Positions 1 to 13,490 of a stretch of 64,000 nucleotides of DNA are shown here, in pieces. The stretch lies in the NCBI RefSeq assembly GCF_964204865.1, contig NC_135257.1, positions 19,840,001 to 19,904,000 of the forward strand, written 5' to 3'. Made by a program: the position numbers and the translations under genes. Origin of the DNA: Styela clava. Lineage: Eukaryota. Position 1 is the first letter of the stretch, and the number at the start of each line of letters is the position of its first letter. The notes beneath the pieces were generated by a model, which was given only the letters and a program-made list of their open reading frames with translations, did no database searches and was not told where the DNA came from.

Positions 1-185
<185 letters not shown>

Positions 186-391
186 TAATTATAGTAGTGG
201 TAGTGTAGTGATTCCCGACCTCTTTGTTGAATTCCTCTGTATATTTAGAAATATTTATTCCTAAGGCATAAAAATTACCGTTCAATCTTCGATTGGTCTT
301 TTGCCCTTTTTTATGCAGTTCAAGCAGTTTATTATGTGTTCATGAATGAGTATTATTTAATAACCAAAAAGTAAAGAATATTAGCAATATC

Positions 392-2589
392 CAGGGATGG
401 CCAATACCGAATAGTTCACTATTTCGAATACATTCGAAATTATTTTTTTCGGATATGAAATTTCGAATACTTCGAAAATAAAATTCACTAATTGAAGCTT
501 ATCTAAATGTATGTAGGAATTTCCATACAATAAGCAATGGAATAACTGCTATCTACAAGTTACAACCTAGTTATATTACCAGGCATTTTATATTTGCAGA
601 TTATTGCAGTATATATATATTTTATATACCTTGAGTCATGTTAACAGAATTAAATTAATACGGCAATAGTGGTATCAGTGATGGATTTGAATATTTGCGC
701 AACACAAAATCATCCTAGTAAAACGCCCATACTTTTAAATATCAACCATTATCCAAATTATTTGCCAAAAAGCGGGATAAAGTATGAGTTATTTTTCTGA
801 CTTTTTTAAGTCCACAGATCGCCGTTGTATTTTGTAAATACAAAAATAGGAATCAAAAATTAATATTAATCGCGAGTTTGCCACACAATTTATGTCCACA
901 GATTGCCGTGATACTGTGCCGAATATAATTAGTTTTTGATTCTTTTTTTCGCACTCACGAAAAAATTGTCACAAGTCGGAGAAAGAATTTATACTTTATC
1001 CCGCTTTTTGGGAACTAATTTGGATAATGGTTGCCATTGATTTGCATTTAAAAGTATGGAGTTTTTACTAGGATGATTTTGTGCTGCGTAAAATATTCGA
1101 ATGCATGACTGATACCACTATTTAAAATGCCTTACCGTGTTAATTTAGTTCTTTAATCATAACCCAAATGTTGGTAAATCGGGCAGTTTACCACACATTT
1201 TAAGGCCACAGATCGCCGTTGCATTTTAGAAATATAATAGTATTATTATTTTGTAAATACGAATCCAAAATTAAATATAATTGGGCAGTTTACCACGTAT
1301 TTCATGTCCACAAATACCCGTGGTATTTGGTATTAATACTTTCATTATTTTCTCAATATGAAAATAGGAATCAATATTTAATAATATCGGTCAGTTTACC
1401 ACACATTTTATGTCCACAGATTGTCCATACAACAATGAGTTACGTTGAACGGAATTAAATTAATACGACATGACATTTTAAATGCTGGTACCAGTCAAGG
1501 ATTGGATTATTTTGCGCAACAAAAAATCATCCTGGTAAAGGATCGATACTTTTAACTATCGTTATCAAAATTATTTGCCAGAAATTATTTTCTAATAAAT
1601 CAACTTGTTTTTCCAACTTGTACCATTTTATTGGATATCGTAACAATGACGGCTATAAATACCGTATTTCCCGGCTAATAAGTCCACATGGCAAATAGGA
1701 CGATGTCTATTTTTAGCACTCAAAAAAGTTTTTTTTCCATATAGGCCTCCAATAAGACTGGTAGAAAAATGTGTCCCTGTGATATGCGCTAATAATTTTA
1801 TATGTTTAGAACCAGATCATGTTAGTTTGGTAGAATCATACTCACAGAATTAACTATTTTTAACAATTGAGCGGTAAATTTAAGTTGTAAAGCGGCAATC
1901 ATTTTGGACAACCTATTAAAAAAATAATTTTGGAATGTGATAAGTACTACACTGTACGTCCACGGGTTATTTCACAGCTGTGTTTTCCTGTCCCTGTCGT
2001 GTTCTGCTGAATCGGCAAAACGAAAGGGTCGCAAATCACTTTCACTCAGTGGCCATGTTTCTCTTTAAAGTAACGATAACCATCCTGCGATTAAATATCA
2101 TGATTGGCAGACCCTAAGACCCAAATATAAGGTTACACAAATCATGCTTGAGAAGACTAATAAGCAGGCCACATAGAAATAAAATAAACATACTTTCTCA
2201 ATTAGACGCCCCCAAAAAAAAAATCAGGCCAAAAAATTGGGCCTAGAAAAGCCATAATTGTCAATTTTTCGACGTGATGGAAATGAATTTGTAAATTAAA
2301 AGCCTCGTAGACGAATGTCGGCAATGTCCACCCACGCAAATGTGTCGCAACACTATGCGGCGTACGATCGCACAGAATATAAACAATCAAAGTGCCGATT
2401 CTATTTCATCGTCATTACAATACGTGAGACAGCGTAAAAAGTCGTTTGAAGATTCCCGTAAAACGAAACACCACGTTTACGGCGAAAAGTGGCTACTATT
2501 CGTAATTATTCGAAAATCAGCCGAAAAGGTATTCGAATACTATGATATTCGAATATATTCGAATATTCGATTCGTTTTGGACAACCCTG
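392..2589. mobile_element. Non-autonomous hAT-type DNA transposon (~2.2 kb) with an internal palindrome
   Basis: TIRs CAGGGATGGCCAA and TTGGACAACCCTG, perfect 8-bp TSD GCAATATC (384-391, 2590-2597), and subterminal TTCGAATA arrays at both ends. Confidence 0.85.
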
Positions 2590-4010
2590 GCAATATCACA
2601 ACAAATGCAAAGCAAATACCTCCTCAAAAATGACATAATTTTCTTCCCATTGGAAAAATTTGACATGGTGGGTACCGTCCTGTCATTCTCTTGTCCAAAC
2701 CTCAAATGCTCCCTGGATAAGCTCCTGAGTTAAAGGTATTCGAAGGGCTGAGACTTATATACAATAGAATTTAGGACTGGAGTAGTGATTGTATTTTTCA
2801 CATGATAATATGAGTTAATGATATGATTGACCAAGACTTTTATTCCACTCACCAGTTCAGGTTAAATATGTCCAGGTCAGCGTTTTCTAACCGGGAAGGA
2901 CTTTCTTTCCAGGGAGGATTTTTGGAGTAATTTGGGTTTATATTAGTCCTTGAAATACGATAATACAATTCTGATTTGTTCGTTTGGTATTTTATGTATT
3001 TCTTTTTGCTGTCACTTTATACAAGGCTTCAAGCAAGCTGTCCTTTATATGTATAAGGTCGTTAGATCAGCATTATGTGTTTTTATAAGTTGGTGTTGTA
3101 ATGGCCAGCTAAATAATTTAGATGATGACTTTTAAGGCTCTTTTTGGAAGGTTGCCATATTTTATTGCATTTTCAAACTTATGTTAAAAATTTGGCCACT
3201 GTGTGACAAATTATTGTTAACGTTCATTAGCACAGTTTGGTTTTATGCATATGGAGGGAAGAATAAAGAATTCCAAAATAGGCAAAGACAGAAATTTAAC
3301 AAGAAAAGGTTGGGAACCACTGGTCTATGTGAATTGTTAACCAGTAAATTGTTTCAGATGAATTTAAGGCTTAAAGGTATTTAGAATTAGATAAGTGATA
3401 GGATCTTCATATTGATGCATCGAGACAGCTTAATGCCCTCTGTCCAGTCACCAGTCCAGTTTTAGTTTGTAAATAGTAATCAGTTTATTTTTTCTTTGGG
3501 GTGTAAGATGTCCCTGACCAGCGATTACCTCACTTTTGAGGTTTACCTTTGTGGGGACCATCGTTTATTGTATGTGACCGCACCTCACACGCGAGAAAAA
3601 TGCAATTCTTTCACAAGGTTATGCAATTGTTTTGTCTTGCGGGTCACCTCATGAACAAAATCGCTATCTGAAAGCTGTGCATTTGCATATTGAATCCGCT
3701 GTATATTAAAAAACCAATGGTAATCAGACAAATAAGTTAACTTGTCAAAAGTATCACAAATAAGTTTGCAGGTAACATAACTTTTTATTTTATTTCTGAT
3801 TGATTGGAAACAACCGCACTGAACAAGTCAATGCAGTTTTTGCGTATTGGATAAAATTTGCTGCTGCCGTAATTTGCCCACCTCTGCACTACTGGATGTG
3901 CAAATGTGAAGTGTGCCAACAAGTGGTGTAAGGCTGTGAGTTTTCTTTGTATGATGCGCCAATCATCAGGACAAAAACAATAGGAAATATGGAATCGTTG
4001 TAGAAAAGTA

Positions 4011-4032
4011 GGGGGGGGGGGGGGGGGGGGGG
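4011..4032 (+). repeat. Poly-G tract (22 nt)
   Basis: G22 followed by TTAGGTTGGG. Confidence 0.9.
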
Positions 4033-4219
4033 TTAGGTTGGGCATATGGGGTTAATTGAGTACAATGTATATAAACTTCGATAACTTTTTTGTATGTTGA
4101 GTGAATGGTTTGTACTTTGTAGCAAAAATAGTTCATAACCTATGCTTTCATTTCATTGCATATAGCTCACATGCCTACTCATGCTGAAATTGTTTGGGGT
4201 GTTTGTATGTGAATTTTTT

Positions 4220-4448
4220 GTACTCCCGAAGTATGTGAACCAAGATGGCGGACACCGGAATGTCGTATGTGTACCAGGTTAGGGCATAATTTTATTCAAA
4301 TTTTCCTTATTTTAGTTCTATTCTGAGTTCGGGGACTAGCCAAGTGACTCTTGTCGTATTTGTACCTGATATTATGGTCTGACCCTAACCTGTTACACAT
4401 AATAGGTTCTGGTGTCCACCATCTTGGTTCACATACTTCTGGAGTACC
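4220..4448. mobile_element. Hairpin MITE with telomere-like motifs (Merlin-like GG...CC termini), family representative
   Basis: TACTCC.GAAGTATGTGAACCAAGATGG pairs with CCATCTTGGTTCACATACTTCTGGAGTA; internal GTTAGGG/CCCTAAC; flanking duplication GAATTTTT. Confidence 0.75.
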
Positions 4449-7400
4449 GAATTTTTTTTGGTTTGCGAAAAAAATGTTCTGGAAACTTCTTTTTTTGTAT
4501 ATTCCAGAGTTTTTCTGGTGCCTATCGACACGTCTCTTTGCGCCAGGGGATACTTTTAGGATAGCTCATTGACTTTTGTTTTATTTATGTTTGAAAAAAT
4601 CAAGGTAACTTGAGTCTAGTGGAAATTTGCAGTGAGGTACATCGAATATGTGCATATACGGCCACTCCCGCTACTATAGCACAGGATTATAAAGTTCTGT
4701 GTAACTATTTTGAGCCCTAACATTTTTTTTTGTAGCCTGCAACATTTGAATTTTTCACTATAGACTTCAATTATTTATGCATGAGTGTGAATCCACAATG
4801 TGCAATCGGAGGATCTTAAAGAAAGGGTTCATTTCATGTAACTGAAGAGATAGTAAAAAAAGCTGTTGACAAGCCAAGGACAGAGTCCAACTCCACCAGT
4901 GGGCTTAGTGCATTCCAAAACCACTCATTCCTAATCACAGAGGTAATCTGGTATTTTAACTGCAGGCCCATTTGTAGTAATAAGTTTATGGCAACCATAA
5001 TTGCGATCAATCATACCAAGTTTTAATGTGATTTGGATGAGCGGAAGGCTGCTTCTTATCTATAATAAACTAAGGAACTTGACATTACTCATTCACTTCA
5101 TAGTAGATGATTTTATGTAATCTGTAAACTACTTGTAAGGGATTTGTATGATATGTTCAGGAATTGACATTTTTTTTTATCTGAAATTAGAAAATGATAT
5201 GTTGTGGTGTTTTTTATGGCACTGTTTATCCTTTTATCCTCTAGTGCAGGATAATTTTGTTTCAAGGTTTTTTAAACAGTTTTTTATTTAAATAAACTAT
5301 GTGTACTCAAGTTTCTCATCAATGTTCTTGATTTGGTTCCAGTGCCTTCTTGGCTTTGGTGGAGGTCAGTATACTCAATTATCTTTGAAAAATGATGTGA
5401 ATTGAGTGTACTGACTTTTGATACCAAATTTATGGAATACATATAGAATAAACTATAGAATATATTGATATATGTTAGGTATAAGATTCGAACTAAAATG
5501 CAGCGAAGTACCGAGTCAGAATGTTACAATGAAACCATCATTTCAGGGAGAATTGATTTAACTCAGATTTAACATCGCTTTAAATGTCAAAAACTACTCA
5601 AATCTCCCCCCCCCCTCCAAATTATATTTTGTATGTATACAATATTTGTATTCAATGACTGTGATTTTAGCAGGCTTTCATAAGTTTTCATAAGAATTTT
5701 TTGGACAGTTCCTTGGAGAGGAAAAGTGGTATGGCATGGTATACCGAAACTAGTTCATTGGTAATTGTTAGAAATGAAAAATGTAGCATACGCTACAGTA
5801 CTAGCTTGAGGTAGATCTCACACTATAGTGTGTTGGCCTGGTAGATCCCATGCTACAGCGCTAGCTTGAGGACTGGTAACTAGGGATGTCACTTTTGGAT
5901 TAATGTATCAATTCTAATTGGGTAATCGCTGCCTTTTTCAAATCAATTTGAAAAAGCAACATCCAAAAAAATAACTAACATTGGACAAATTATTGCTATA
6001 ATTAGCGCCTTCCAATCTATTGAAAACTATGCGGCACTCCTTTCGGTATAACACCAAATAATGCTTCACTGTTTTCCTGACAGTATTGACTTGTTGTCTG
6101 TCAAGTCTAGTGTCAACCGCTCTCTGATGGCCACTCTTCAGAACAGATAAACCCGCACATAGCTCTTATCATGTAGGTAAAAATTCTTCCATTAGTACTA
6201 TTTCCACTCACTGATGAATGCTTGAGACTTGAGCAAACATATATTTAATATGGATGTCCTTTTAAATATCAAAACATTGTGGAAATCAGATTGTATTTCT
6301 CAAGTTGTGAAAGGTGTTGTATATTTAGAATTTTAAGTATATATGTAGTTTCAATTAAAGTATAACGAGTGTTTTGATAACGATAAATTATACCAGGATA
6401 AGGAAAAAATGTGCAATTTTCACTAGGTACATTTGTTTAGATTCAGTCCACATTGCCAAATTTGTTGTTAAAGATTTGAAAATTATTCTATGTGATTGTG
6501 AATTATGTGATTTTGTGAATATTCAATATGTTGTATCGCATGATCTTGTATTTGTTGATCGGAACATTACACAGATTATATTGGATACAGAAGCACACAT
6601 ACGTCAACGTGACATGGAAACTCTAGTCAACTCATGATGACCTTTCACCCTAAATGATAGTTGCCCTACATTGCATCTAGCACATTCAACTTTTCCAACT
6701 GTAAACGACTAAGGAACCATTTTCAATTCATTCCTCATTTTGTCTATTTTGAAACTCTTCTTTTCCTCCTCACTATGCGTCGAAAATTTATGACATTGAA
6801 TCGCTGGTTAAAGCAGTGCTCTGTGTTCACTTCTCGTTTACATTTTTTTTCAGATGATTGTCATCCTGGAATAACTATTCTCTAATGCTATTTTCCACTT
6901 TTTAACTGACCAATGAAAGCACAGAATGATTGTATGGCATTATTGGTAAAACCACTGAAGCATACTTCTTGGGTATGAATACTGCCATGCTGATCTTCAG
7001 AGGTCATTCAGTACTTTGGTATAGCAGAGGCAACGTATTGTGTTTTATGTCTGACTTATATTCTGTTATTTGTGGTGACAACTGAACTGTTCATGTTAAG
7101 TATTGCTTGTGTTCAATAAAACATTAATTTACACCAACAAACAGTTGGGCCCAATATACACATTTTCGGGAGCGTCCAATTACCGTAATTCAAATGTTGC
7201 CTATAAACACTCTACAGGAAAACTTCAGATTATGGCTCACCTGCGATTTCTGTTTCTGTGTTAAATATAACTAACGTTTGGCGCATCCAGCTCATTACTA
7301 CGAAACGAACGCCTTACATGAGAAACTTTTGTTTCAGTCATTCCATGGTTGCAACAAATTGTTTGGGGGCTGCATTTGGCCCGCGAACCGCAGTTTGTCT

Positions 7401-7630
7401 AACATTGCTTTAATTAGCAAGTGATTTACGCCACCTAAACTCCGGCTTGTCCAGTTAAAACAGTTTAAGCTATGAGCATGAAAGTATATTACAATAATAA
7501 TAAACACGTTAATCATATTAGATTCGAAAATAAACACAAATAAATAATGAATTTCTGTCTACAAAAACAATAAAATCACTTCATGGGGACATATCCTGTC
7601 CAAGTTGGAAAACACTGGATGTTGAGAAGT

Positions 7631-9616
7631 TTAATAAAGTGACTCATCAGTATAATATGTGCAATTTGAAATTATATCTGTTGACTGGGAACAGTTTGGA
7701 ATAACTAGTTTCATTTGGGTCCAAGCTTCACACAATTCATCATAGATATATATGCTCTTACCACAGCGAATGGCAATGGAAGTATCACTAACAGTGAATA
7801 GTGAATTAATTTCATCTGGAGCATTTGGCAGAAATGAGTGTTTTTCTACTTTGACAGAGGACTTTTGTATAACTTTAGCTTTCCTGTATGTAAAATACAG
7901 ACAATCATGCAAACTTGTTCCCAATGTATAAGAAGTACCTGTCATTCCGGTCACATTCGTCCAAGTTTTGTTCGAAATTTTGAAAAATTTCATTTGATTG
8001 ATTCCATGTACATATATACATCCAACTGCATATGCTACTGCAAAAAAGTCCCATAAACCAAAACACGGTCCGGGCAGGTTTTCATCCCAACTATCAGAAA
8101 TAGAGTGATAGCAAGACATCTTTGTTTCCTCTATCACATAAATGCAGTCACTGGTCGCCACTATCTTTGCATGACCAGTGATATTAACATTTTTCGTCAG
8201 ACTGGCCTTTTCTATCCATTTTTGATTTTTTGTCATATAAAGTAACCTTCGTCCAGTCAAAATGCACAACTTATTATTGAATGTAAAAGCCTGTCCATAA
8301 GGATCGAGTGAAACTCCCGGAACTAAACTCCATTCTTTAGTAGACATGTTAAAGTCTCGAATTTTTCCATTATTGTATAAAACAGTTAAATGATGAGTTT
8401 TCACACTTGGTTTATCTGTTGTAATCATATCAGATAGGATTTGGTGGCACTCCAAAGATTTTTCTATTAAAGCGTGTTTGAAAATGCTGTTCTGAAAACT
8501 TTTTTGTAAATTCTGAAATTTGATGTGCTTTATGAGGTTTGGCAGAAAGACTCTGCGGTTACTGGCATGCTTCATCCATGTTTCGACTGCCAACCATTTC
8601 CATTTTTCGCCGGTCAAATCATCTATCGATGGATCAGATAGCAATGCCATCATGTCAGCTTCTGTTAACTTTTTGAAATCTGATTTTGTCAAGAGTTTGA
8701 CTATGTTTGTTTTGAAAAATGTAGGAAGCATTTCCTCGATTTGCTTTGGAATGAATTTAAATTTTCCAGACATTCCTTTGAGCAGAAAAAAGCTTTCAAT
8801 CGACAAGTTTTTTTCAAAACCTTGAACATCCATTATAATACTTCGATAAATTAAATCCAAGCACTGTTGTGATTGCTGGAATATAGAATTATTCCAAAGT
8901 CTCCTCAGAAAGGTATAGGATGGAAACTCATTCCAATCAAGCAAGCTCAACAACCCAAATAAGATCTCTGAACGGTTATCGGGATCATACTCAATCCAGT
9001 GCTTAATACAATCCCAAGCAATGAGAATATCAACTAAGTGATGATTACGAAGATACTCGATAAAATCAGGCTTCGAAAGTTCAAGCATTTCTGCTACACT
9101 GTCCCAATTAAAATTTTTAACAAAGACTTCTTGGGCACTGACCTGAAGTCCAGTTAAGTTGAATTTCGTGACCAGGTTGAGAATCTCAATAACGCAATTT
9201 TCGGTTCGCAAGTTTTCTTCCAAACACTTAAAACATAAATCTTTTATTTCATTCAGCTGTATAATCTCAGCAGCTTGTAGTATGTCTCCAACATTCTCGA
9301 TGTCAACTGAAACCTCATCCACATTTCCAGTGTACATGAACTCAATGCATTCACGCACAACATCTGGGTTTACGTCTTTCATATCAACAAATCCTTGTTG
9401 ATTTTCTATTGTATCTCGGGTCAGCATTGCTTTGAAATATTCTGAGTTTACAGAAAGAGTTTTTCGATGGACTTTAAACGAGTGAACGTCAACTTTGATT
9501 GTAAAGTCAGTGGGGATTCCATCATTTCTGAGATCTATTAAGTGCAAATCTCCTGATTCAGTATCATTATCATTTTGAATCATTTCATCCTGGGACGTAG
9601 AGGGATTTTCGTCCAT
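7631..9616 (-). CDS. BTB-BACK-BACK-Kelch (kelch-like, putative Cul3 adaptor), copy 1, intronless, 661 aa
   Basis: BTB motif DFTIKVD..SFKVHRKTLSVNSEYFKAML...IEFMYTG, two BACK-like segments and degenerate kelch blades (IYV....W). The start is placed at ATG 9616 (MDENPSTSQD) by alignment with the paralog starts, not at the TTG used in the ORF track. Confidence 0.9.
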   Translation of the reverse strand: MDENPSTSQDEMIQNDNDTESGDLHLIDLRNDGIPTDFTIKVDVHSFKVHRKTLSVNSEYFKAMLTRDTIENQQGFVDMKDVNPDVVRECIEFMYTGNVDEVSVDIENVGDILQAAEIIQLNEIKDLCFKCLEENLRTENCVIEILNLVTKFNLTGLQVSAQEVFVKNFNWDSVAEMLELSKPDFIEYLRNHHLVDILIAWDCIKHWIEYDPDNRSEILFGLLSLLDWNEFPSYTFLRRLWNNSIFQQSQQCLDLIYRSIIMDVQGFEKNLSIESFFLLKGMSGKFKFIPKQIEEMLPTFFKTNIVKLLTKSDFKKLTEADMMALLSDPSIDDLTGEKWKWLAVETWMKHASNRRVFLPNLIKHIKFQNLQKSFQNSIFKHALIEKSLECHQILSDMITTDKPSVKTHHLTVLYNNGKIRDFNMSTKEWSLVPGVSLDPYGQAFTFNNKLCILTGRRLLYMTKNQKWIEKASLTKNVNITGHAKIVATSDCIYVIEETKMSCYHSISDSWDENLPGPCFGLWDFFAVAYAVGCIYVHGINQMKFFKISNKTWTNVTGMTGTSYTLGTSLHDCLYFTYRKAKVIQKSSVKVEKHSFLPNAPDEINSLFTVSDTSIAIRCGKSIYIYDELCEAWTQMKLVIPNCSQSTDIISNCTYYTDESLY

Positions 9617-11975
9617 ATTACTGATTACAGAAACTAGAAGTACTGTGAATAATATGATAAAACAAAGTCTATTGTAGTATAACTGTTTGATTAACAGCAA
9701 AAATTTAAAGAGTAAAATTGGTTAAAAGGAATGATGAATTGAGCTGAAATACATCATGTAAGCCTCCTGTGAAAGCATTGATACCAGGTAGTCGAACATA
9801 TCGTAATTCATTCTTTATAAGTGTTTGACTACAGAGGTATCACTGTACGGGAGTTTAAATGATGATAAAAAAGTTTTCTAGAAGCAAGTCAAAAAACATC
9901 AAGTTTGCTGAGCCCTCCCATCAAACTCTTGAAAAAAACTTGCATTTGCCACGTTTTATTTCAAAATTAGATTTTCCCAGGGATTGATTTGAAGGTCAAA
10001 GTTACACCTAGCTTTCTTAGAGTGGAAATGTGCTTGTCTGAAGTCAGATAAAGTTTACTGAAATATGTTTGCACTTTTACATAATGTTAAAAAGCATCAA
10101 GTTTTACAAGCATTCATATCAGACTCTTAATATTTGCCACAGTGTTATCATCAAAATTTGAATTTTCTATAGTTCCATTCAAAAGTTACTTAGTGGAAAT
10201 GTGCTTGTCTGAAGAAGTCTGACTGATGGGCAACAGGACTCTAGTTTTACTCAGAATTGTCAACAATAATATTTTTACATTGTTGCATTATATGCATACA
10301 GATCTACCAGTGTAAATGTATAGAGTGGCAGTTCCCGACCCGAGGCTTGTGGCCCCCCTCGGAATCTACCAATCAAAACAACACTATAAATACCACTTGG
10401 ATGAAAAATAGGGGGAGGGGGCATGAGTAATAAAAGCCTTCGAAAGGGGCCAAGAGCCATGAAAGGTCGGGAACCACTGGCATAGAAGAAGGATACGTAG
10501 CTAGTAACACAAAACCTTTTTTTACAGTTTCCAAGAATTGAGTGAATATCACAATCTGTTAATATTTTAAATAATTCCATAAAAGAAGACTGCCAGCCCT
10601 AGGATAATACACTTGACATGTGAATTAGTCTAGACTAGCTTAGCTAATAGTTAAATACTAATACTCCAAAATATTAAAACTTGAAAATGCTGTTTTCAGA
10701 AAATAAGGAAAAAATATATTATTGATGTTCAAGCTCCTGTACCTTTTTATTGAAATACTTGATATTGGAATACGATTGTCGCCTAATTTTATACCAACTT
10801 AGTTACCACCTATTGAATTGTAGAATAGTCAAACAAAATTAGTCAATAGTCAAAACAAACAAATTCTAACGTGCACTTTTGTTTTAAAACACTCTAACAT
10901 AGACATCCAAGTTTCCAAATACTTCAGTATTTCTAAACCAATGTCTTGTTGTTTCGTACAACGAATGAAAATGAAACATTACCAGACAAAGCAGAACAAA
11001 ACATGTAAGCTATACTAAAGTGAAGGACAATGGCTCACTTTTTTAATGTTTTTTTTTTCTACCTATGGCGAGACAACAATGAGAAAACCTTTGAGAAAGA
11101 TTTGAAAAGAAATTTGATACAGGAGCAGCTAATTCTGGGTGTAACAGATAGGGTATGCAATGTCGAAGCGGAAAAATTACAGTACTTCCAAATATTGAAT
11201 TGAAATAGTTCCATCTATACTATTGGTTCTCAAACGGTAGGGCGTAAACAATTTTTTTGAAGGGGGTGTGGAGCTAATTAAAATAAAGAATTGTCTATGT
11301 CCCTCTTGTTTGGCGCGTCCCACCATTTGAGAACCACTACTCTATTCATAACATCCTGTGTGAGGCGCTTTATTTATTCCAATTTCATGTTTGTTTTTAA
11401 ATCCTTTTCAGAAGGAGCTCCTTCTGCTTTGTCAAAAACATAAGAGTATATTTATATATCTATAAACCTATAAAAATGACTCAAGGGAAGAAAGCACTTT
11501 TGGGAGGAAATATTTCAATGTAGAATTGTAGTTGTGAATACCTAAAATTGATTGGGTTGAGTAGACATAATTTCAACTTGATAATGCAACGTCGCTAATT
11601 TTGTCTATTTTTAACTAACAAACAGATCGTCTCTAACTCACCCTCATTTTTGTGCAATTTGAGTTGTTTACAATGTGTAATAAAATGAATATTATAGTAA
11701 TAATGAAGAATACTACATCAGAATCCTTCTCCAATAACGACAAAATTTCTCCCTGAAAAGGGAGGAACATGTTAGTAAGAATAATTACTTTCCTGCTGGT
11801 TTGAGCAGGTCAAACTTGCTCTTGATTGGGAACTCCTGGTCCACATTCGTGAAATTTAGCGTGGTTTCATTATTTTTAGTATATTTGAAATGTACCGTAG
11901 TTCAGATAAATAGAGTTTAGCTGTGTTCAATAAAAGTTGTACAAGAAATATCTGGTTATTATTTATTATGTAGAA

Positions 11976-12786
11976 CAACGGTTCTTAATCTTTTTTGCAT
12001 ATTTTACTCCTTTGTCAAACAAGATTACAAAATTGTTGCAGTCATTTTCAAGATTATTTATTAAAAATCCCTCAAGCAAAGTATGAAGAGCTTTAACTTT
12101 AGGCATATATTTTCTCCTTCCTACCCCTCCTCTTACCCGATCTTCTCAGTTTGGCGTGAAAAAAATGAGAGAGTGGGGTTCGGTGAGAGAAGTTAGTGGA
12201 GGGAAAGAGTGCGGGGGAATTTCGTTTATAAAAAACTTTCAGAATGATTTCACCGATCAGATATGGTTTTTCAGCTTTTGCCACATATAAAGTAATGGAA
12301 AAAGATGCATGTACAGCAATATTATTAGTCTGCCAAAAAGAGCTGGATTTGTCCAGCTCCCGACTTTTTAGGCAGGGAAATCTTGACTCAAAAATGTTGG
12401 GTATTTACTTACCATGCTTGGATGAGCATTTGCTAGGTGTTGTTTTAGTGGGGCAGGTTCATGGTACTGTTTGACAAGGTTTTCATGCGCAGAACACACT
12501 GACAAATATGAAGAACATCCCGAATAAAATACGTAAACCCGAAATCTTAATGATGCTTTCTCTTTTTTGTGACTAACTTAACGGTTGAAATAACAAAGAA
12601 CTTGACACTTTAAAAGTGTTGGATTTCAATTTTGTTCGAAATGTAGGCCTACTGATAATAATAGGTTGATACTGAATTCTTGCAACATAACAAGCAAATA
12701 GATAGGATTTTTGTTTGTTAAAAATATTTTTTCACGATAACAAAATTCACCCTCGAGAATCATTCACCCCAGGGTGAGAAATGCTG
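11976..12786 (-). mobile_element. Decayed hAT (Buster/Charlie-type) element carrying an N-terminal transposase fragment
   Basis: The minus strand reads, with frameshifts, FGFT..CQCVL..LSNSTM..LKQHLANAHP..AKAEKPYLIGEIILK (BED finger and AKxxKPxxIGE motif). TSD ATGTAGAA/ATCTAGAA; the paralogous empty site TTATCTAGAAAGTC is at ~30600. Confidence 0.8.
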
Positions 12787-12846
12787 ATCTAGAAAGTCAA
12801 TTTTAAAAAGGACAACTGGAATGTCTGTATATCATATAAATTAGGG

Positions 12847-13490
12847 CAGCGTTTCCCAAACTGTTTTCCGCGGAACAATAGTATGTACCGGTAGTTCCTT
12901 TCAATATCGAGTCATCGTCGGCCTAAAGCAGACTAACTTTTTGAGGGTAGTGGCATTTTCGTTTTAACTGTCGGCCTAGCTTTTTGACCGTCAAGTTCAT
13001 TATCAAGTTCCCAGCAATCTATTTGGTTTTGCTATAGGCAAACATGTAGGCCTAAAGAATAAAGGCAAAAGGGACAATTCTTCTTTCTCCATCTATGCCT
13101 GGTTTTACATTGAAATGCTCATGTTAAATAGCTGCTTGCTTCAAAATAACTCATGTTCGCCAAACTGGATTCAGCAGATAAATAAACTGCAGATTGTACT
13201 TCTATCTCCATTGTTACGTAACATTAAAGGCAAACAGTACATAATAGAAAGTAAACAGCATAGAAAGACAAAATGAATTTATTGATTCAACATTTGAAAT
13301 AAGAAACATTTATGGTAAATGCCATATGGTTCAGATTCAATCATATTTTATTTATGTTTAACACAATTTTGTTGGTTAACACTAGTGAACTGTGGCGCAA
13401 TCTTTGGGAACCGCTGCCTTACACCATTTTTCCGCGAGGCGAGATAAAAGGTCTGAGTGTTCCGTGGCCGAAAAAGTTTAGAAAACTCTG
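12847..13490. mobile_element. hAT-type MITE
   Basis: Termini CAGCGTTTCCCAAACT and AGTTTAGAAAACTCTG; absent from the paralogous duplicated units at ~25000 and ~20610. Confidence 0.65.

Noticed and set aside
9617-9700. Hydrophobic 28-aa N-terminal extension of kelch copy 1 that looks like a signal peptide
   Set aside because: It starts at TTG and corresponds to the AT-rich acceptor region conserved upstream of the paralogs' ATG. The homologous start is 9616.
10206-10235. Hammerhead-like TGTCTGAAGAAGTCTGAC, an 18-nt match to the 60344 motif
   Set aside because: It lacks the closing stem II arm and GAAA, and lies at the end of a local ~175-bp duplication.
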